NCBI GenBank assembly: GCA_963843335.1
Contig: CAWJKF010000019.1
Span: 15,701-79,700 of the forward strand
From: an uncultured Chloroflexia bacterium
GTDB taxonomy: Bacteria > Chloroflexota > Limnocylindria > Limnocylindrales > CSP1-4
Length of the DNA: 64,000 nt
Direction of reading: 5' to 3'
Both the position numbers and the translations under genes were made by a program. Below the pieces are notes generated by a model. The model was not told where the DNA came from. It searched no databases and worked only from the letters and a program-made list of their open reading frames with translations. Position 1 is the stretch's first letter. Every line of letters begins with the position of its first letter. Positions 59,472 to 64,000 of this stretch are shown one piece after another.

Positions 59472-60737
59472 ATGACCATCGAGCAGGCCACCCAGACCAT
59501 CAACACCTGGCATGTGGCACAACGCCAGTTCGACCGCGCGGCGGAGCTGCTGCACCTGGATCCGGGCATGCGCCTGGTGCTCCGGGAGCCCCAGCGGGAG
59601 TTCAAGGTCCACTTCCCGGTGAAGATGGATGACGGCAGCGTGCGGGTCTTCACCGGCTACCGCGTCCACCACAACATCGTGCGTGGACCCGCCAAGGGCG
59701 GCCTGCGGTACCACCAGGACGTCAACCTCGACGAGGTCAAGGCCCTCGCGATGTGGATGACCTGGAAGTGCGCCGTCGTGGGTATCCCCTTCGGTGGCGG
59801 CAAGGGTGGCGTGGCGGTCGATCCCAAGCAGCTGTCGAAGCGTGAGCTCGAGGGCCTCACGCGCCGGTTCGCGACCGAGCTGGGGGTGCTCATCGGTCCC
59901 GAGCGGGACATCCCGGCACCGGACGTCAACACCAATGCCCAGGTCATGGCCTGGATCATGGACACCTACTCGATGCACGCGGGGCACACGGTGCCCGGTG
60001 TCGTGACGGGCAAGCCGGTGTCACTGGGTGGCTCCGAGGGTCGCGCGGAGGCGACCGCGCGCGGCGCCGTCTACTGCATCGAGTCGGCCGCTGCGCACCT
60101 GGGCATGGTCATCGCGGGCTCGCGGGTCGTGGTCCAGGGCTTCGGCAACGCGGGCGCCACGTCCGCGGTCCTGCTCGCCGAGCTGGGTGCGCGCATCGTC
60201 GCGGTGTCTGACTCGTCGGGTGGCATCAGCAACCCGCGCGGCCTCGACGTCAAGGCGGTCCAGGCCTGGAAGGCGGAGCACGGCACCGTGCAGGGATTCC
60301 CGGGCGCCGTGGACGTGTCCAACCCGGACCTGCTGGAGCTCGACTGCGACATCCTGGTGCCGGCGGCCCTGGAGAACCAGATCACGCCGTCCAACGCCCG
60401 GCGCATCAAGGCGCGACTCATCGCGGAGGCCGCCAACGGCCCGACGACACCGGACGCGGACGACATCCTCGCCCAGCGCGGGGTGTTCCTCATCCCCGAC
60501 ATCCTGTGCAACGCCGGTGGCGTGACCGTCTCCTACTTCGAGTGGGTCCAGGACCTCAACCGCGACCACTGGACCGAGACGGTGGTCAACGCCAAGCTGC
60601 GGGAGATCATGGACCGCTCGTTCGGCGAGGTGCTCGCGATGGCCAAGCGCGAGACCTGCGACATGCGCACCGCCGCATACCTGCTGGCCGTCGATCGTGT
60701 CGCGAGCGCCACCGCGCTCCGGGGGCTGTACCCGTAG
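59472..60737 (+). CDS. gdhA: NAD(P)-specific glutamate dehydrogenase
   Basis: GPAKGGLRYHQ...MTWKCAVVGIPFGGGKGGV...VQGFGNAG... Confidence 0.9.
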   Translation: MTIEQATQTINTWHVAQRQFDRAAELLHLDPGMRLVLREPQREFKVHFPVKMDDGSVRVFTGYRVHHNIVRGPAKGGLRYHQDVNLDEVKALAMWMTWKCAVVGIPFGGGKGGVAVDPKQLSKRELEGLTRRFATELGVLIGPERDIPAPDVNTNAQVMAWIMDTYSMHAGHTVPGVVTGKPVSLGGSEGRAEATARGAVYCIESAAAHLGMVIAGSRVVVQGFGNAGATSAVLLAELGARIVAVSDSSGGISNPRGLDVKAVQAWKAEHGTVQGFPGAVDVSNPDLLELDCDILVPAALENQITPSNARRIKARLIAEAANGPTTPDADDILAQRGVFLIPDILCNAGGVTVSYFEWVQDLNRDHWTETVVNAKLREIMDRSFGEVLAMAKRETCDMRTAAYLLAVDRVASATALRGLYP

Positions 60738-60800
60738 AGCCCGCCGCGCCCCGGCCCGCCCGGCAGGTTCCGAGCGGCCCCCGGTGTACCATCCGGCGCG

Positions 60801-61412
60801 ATGCTCGACCACGAAGAACAGTTCCTGTTCAAGGAGGAGATCCTCCACCTGTCCAATGCCGTCGCGGAACCCGGGATGCTCGACAACGTCGAGGACCTGT
60901 TGACCGACGTCATCACCAGCCCCCGCTTCGATTCCGAGGTGTTCACGCTCGAACGCTCGCTCCAGGTGATGCTCGGCGCGCGCGCCGGCACGACGCTCGT
61001 GGGGCTGCTGACGGTCAGCCCTGACGTCTTCGACCAGGTCGCGGAGGTCCGCATCCCGAACGAGGTCCATGAGCGGCTGGTCGCGTGGCGGGCCCGGTTC
61101 GGCCTCGCCATCGACAACGCGCTCAACTTCCTCAACAACCCCGACGGCATCCAGGGCCACAACTTCGCGACCCAGATCGCGCATGTCGATGAGCGTCGGG
61201 TGCTGCAGGGCCGGCTGACCCTGGTGCGCTACAACAACGAGCCGCAGTTCTTCCTCGCGGACGCGAACGTCTTCTTCGGGCTCATCGTCGACCTGCTGGA
61301 GCGGCTTGGGCCCCACGCCGACGGGGACACCATCGACGAGGAGATGCTTACCCGACTCAAGGACGCGGTCGCCCTGGTGGAGCGGCGTACGACGGCGCAC
61401 GAGCGCTCCTGA
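60801..61412 (+). CDS. Hypothetical protein (203 aa)
   Basis: Clean ORF with acceptable codon bias and no recognisable motif. Confidence 0.55.
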   Translation: MLDHEEQFLFKEEILHLSNAVAEPGMLDNVEDLLTDVITSPRFDSEVFTLERSLQVMLGARAGTTLVGLLTVSPDVFDQVAEVRIPNEVHERLVAWRARFGLAIDNALNFLNNPDGIQGHNFATQIAHVDERRVLQGRLTLVRYNNEPQFFLADANVFFGLIVDLLERLGPHADGDTIDEEMLTRLKDAVALVERRTTAHERS

Positions 61413-61705
61413 CTCCGGGATCCACGACTTGTAGGTCATGGCCTACGGGTGGCAGGAGAGCGTGCGAGGCGCCGACCGGGGTCGGTCTCCCGTGGCCAGA
61501 GTCCGTAGGCCGTCGCCCGGGTCGCTGACCCAGCCCATGACTGAGTTCGACGCATATCGGGCTGTCGTCCGTCGATCTGCCCGCTCAACGCATGATCGGT
61601 CGCGGCTGATGCGTCCCGTGGGTCGACCTGACACACGGGCCCGCAGGCGCGTCGGACTCACCCAGGGGCCGGGTTGCCCTGCCCGGAAGATACCGACGTG
61701 CCGGG

Positions 61706-62339
61706 CTACGGTGAGCGACGCAGGACGCCCAGCCCCACGAGCCGTGCCCGGAGCGCATCCGCGTCCGTGAAATGGATAGCCTGGAAGCCGAGCTCCGCCG
61801 CGACCTCGACGTTCCGCGGCACGTCGTCGATGTAGACCGTCCGGGTCGGGATCGAGCTGGTAGCGGTCGATGAGTCGGCGCCAGATCTCCGGGTCAGGCT
61901 TGCGGATGCCTTCGTCACCCGAGACCACGATGCCCCGGAACCAGTCAAGGAACGGGAAGAGCGCCCGGGCCCGGGGGAACGTCTCGGCGGACCAGTTCGT
62001 GAGCGCGTATATCGGCGTGCCCTGGTCACGCACCTGGGCGAGGACCGCGACGCTGCCGGCGATGGGCCCAGCGAGCATGTCCTGCCAGCGCTCGGCGTAC
62101 ACCCGGATGAGCTCCTCGTGGTCGGGGTACTGGTCGATGAGCAGCGCAGTCGCTTCCGCCCAGGTCCGCCCGGCGTCCTGCTCGGCGTTCCAGTCGGGGC
62201 TGACGATGTCGCGCAGGAACACCTCCATCTCCTGGGGGTCGGCGAACATCTGACGATACAGATGGCGCGGGTCCCAGTCGATGAGCACGCCGCCAAGGTC
62301 GAAGACGACCGCGGTCGGGATGGCGGCTTGTTGGGTCAC
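61706..62339 (-). pseudogene. HAD-superfamily hydrolase, one frameshift near 61848
   Basis: AVVFDLGGVLIDW (DxG motif I)...ALTNWS...VVSGDEGIRKPDPEIW... | ..TVYIDDVPRNVE. Confidence 0.75.
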
Positions 62340-62697
62340 AGGTCGATGGTACCGGGAGGATGGGGGCACGTGGCTGACGAGTCGCGGAGCGGCTGATCGG
62401 GCCGCTGAGGTCCATCGGTGTGGGCATCCGTCCGCGTCCTGAGTCGCACGGCGCATCATCCGGCCGGTCGGCGGCCTCCCGAGTCGCTGGGCGCATCAAC
62501 GCGCCGATCGCCGCGCTCGATCGGCCTGATCACCCGCAGGGCGACTCAGGGCCCGAGGCCACGGCTCAGGCACAGGCCCCAGGCACAGGGCCCAGGTCGA
62601 CTGTGGGGCTCAGACCCGATCACGACCGGAGGGACGGGCCGGTCCCCACCCATGGCATGCTCACAGCTGTCGGAACGCTACGAGGACGAGACACGAG

Positions 62698-63805
62698 ATG
62701 ACGACACAGCTTCCCGTCGCGGAACCAGGGCTCTCCTGGGCGGTGACCCGCAACGATCACCCGTTGCCGGATGCCGAGCGCGAGGCCATCCTCGCCGAAC
62801 CCGGGCTTTGGCAAGCACTTCACCGACCACATGGTGGACATCTGCTGGTCGAAGGGCGGCGGCTGGCACCGGCCACGGGTATCGCCGTACGGACCCATCC
62901 AGCTCGATCCGGCGGCAGCGGTGCTCCATTACGCCCAGGAGATCTTCGAGGGGCTCAAGGCGTACCGCCATCCGGACGGCTCCATCTGGACCTTCCGACC
63001 GGAGGCGAACGCGGCCCGGCTGCGGCGCTCGGCCCGCCGGGTGGCGCTCCCCGAGCTGCCCACCGGGTATTTCCTCGACGCGCTCCGACAGCTGGTCGCG
63101 GTGGACGGCGCGTGGGTGCCCAGCACGCCCGAGACCAGCCTCTACCTTCGACCGTACATGTATGCCAAGGAGGCATTCCTGGGCGTCCGGCCGGCCGACA
63201 AGATCGCGTTCTATGTCATCGCCAGCCCGGCCGGTGCCTACTTCCCGGGCGGCGTGGAGCCCGTCAGCATCTGGCTCTCGACGCGCTATGCACGTGCAGC
63301 GCGTGGGGGCACCGGTGCCGCCAAGACCGGTGGCAACTACGCGGCCAGCCTGCTGCCGCAGGCGGAGGCGTACGAGCATCACTGCCAGCAGGTGCTGTTC
63401 CTCGACGACGCGGGCAACCTGGAAGAGCTGGGCGGCATGAACCTCATGCTCGTCCGGAGGGACGGTTCGATCATCACGCCCGAGTCGGACACCATCCTGG
63501 AGGGCATCACCCGCGACTCCATCCTGCGGCTCGCCGCGGACCGGGGCATCCCGGTCGAGCGTCGGACGGTGCCGCTGGCCGAGTGGCGCGACGGCGCCGC
63601 ATCCGGTGACATCGTGGGCGCGTTCGCGTGCGGCACGGCTGCCGTCGTGGTGCCCATCGGCAAACTGCTGGGCGAGGACGTCGAGATCGTCCACGAGGGT
63701 CCGGCGTCCCAGGCGCTCGCCCTGTCACTGCGCCAGGAGCTCACGGACATCCAGTACGGACGAGTCGACGATCGTCACGGTTGGCTGACCCGCCTCGACG
63801 CCTGA
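62698..63805 (+). pseudogene. ilvE: Branched-chain amino acid aminotransferase, one frameshift near 62808 (GGG run)
   Basis: ..AILAEPG | FGKHFTDHM...LHYAQEIFEGLKAYR...LYLRP...GGTGAAKTGGNYAAS...EELGGMNL...GITRDS...ACGTAAVV. Confidence 0.85.
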
Positions 63806-63851
63806 ATCGGCTCGCGAAGATGCGCCGACCCGGTCGATGGGCCTGATCCCG

Positions 63852-64000
63852 ATGCGCCAGGTGTATCTCGCCGCGACCGGCATGAACCGCGGCAAGACCA
63901 CGTTCGCGCTGGGACTCCTGGCGGCGCTCATGGACCGCGGTCTCGCGACCGGCTTCATGAAGCCCGTGGGCCAGCGGTACGCGGTCGTCGATGGCATCGC
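63852..64000 (+). CDS. BioD-like P-loop domain protein (phosphotransacetylase N-terminal / DRTGG-type), 5' fragment only
   Basis: MRQVYLAATGMNRGKTTFALGLLAALMDRGLATGFMKPVGQ resembles the N-terminus of long Pta-type proteins. It is truncated by the window edge. Confidence 0.35.
   Translation, partial: MRQVYLAATGMNRGKTTFALGLLAALMDRGLATGFMKPVGQRYAVVDGI

Noticed and set aside
61413-61705. Small RNA or tRNA in the 290-bp convergent gap. It contains several short inverted repeats: GTAGG..CCTAC, GACCG..CGGTC and CCCGTG..CACGGG.
   Set aside because: There is no tRNA cloverleaf or T-loop consensus. The stems are short (5-6 bp) and unremarkable for GC-rich DNA. They are probably terminator-like structures at most.
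62340-62697. T-box, leader or riboswitch upstream of ilvE. The 358-bp divergent gap contains the tandem CAGGCACAGG(G)CCC repeat at about 62565-62600.
   Set aside because: I could find no terminator hairpin with a U-tract, no specifier or T-box sequence and no branched-chain-rich small ORF. The short tandem repeat is only about 2.5 copies.

Overview
This is visibly high-GC bacterial chromosomal DNA. Codon usage looks Actinomycetota- or Chloroflexota-like, but the taxon cannot be fixed from sequence alone. I found no rRNA, tRNA, CRISPR array, transposase or integrase.

Content from left to right:
1. Miscellaneous genes: a dehydratase fragment, tatA, folE, MarR plus an ABC-2 exporter, a B12-binding MCM subunit plus MeaB, a GNAT and hbd.
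2. An orphan effector-like Zn-metallopeptidase gene with a coupled partner gene (9.1-12.0 kb).
3. A 9-kb minus-strand aromatic super-operon (12.0-21.0 kb). It encodes DAHP synthase/chorismate mutase, aroA, aroC, aroE, an aroK-aroB fusion, aroQ, trpE and trpG. It is preceded by a promoter, a 9-codon leader ORF (MTQHFWFYA) and an intrinsic terminator. This is the best-supported new signal in the window.
4. A roughly 30-kb acid- or branched-sugar catabolic island (21.3-52.2 kb). It holds three FadR-type GntR regulators, two split transketolases, a DUF1537 kinase, a class II aldolase, a GH140-like hydrolase and a 664-aa orphan protein. It also holds a TPP-dependent E1 alpha/beta pair with a free-standing lipoyl protein, a sugar ABC transporter and several dehydrogenases. 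Its intergenic regions share two recurrent operator-like motifs.
5. TSUP, DUF2255, AKR, TetR-MFS, NUDIX, SDR, gdh, HAD and ilvE.

Roughly 35 single-nucleotide reading-frame breaks interrupt otherwise well-conserved genes, including essential ones. Most sit in short homopolymers, and at least six sit exactly at the G of a GATC. I read these mainly as sequence-quality artefacts, so those loci are typed 'pseudogene' only in the descriptive sense.

One small region (43.4-45.8 kb) does look like real gene decay. All product calls come from reading the translated ORFs; no database search was run.
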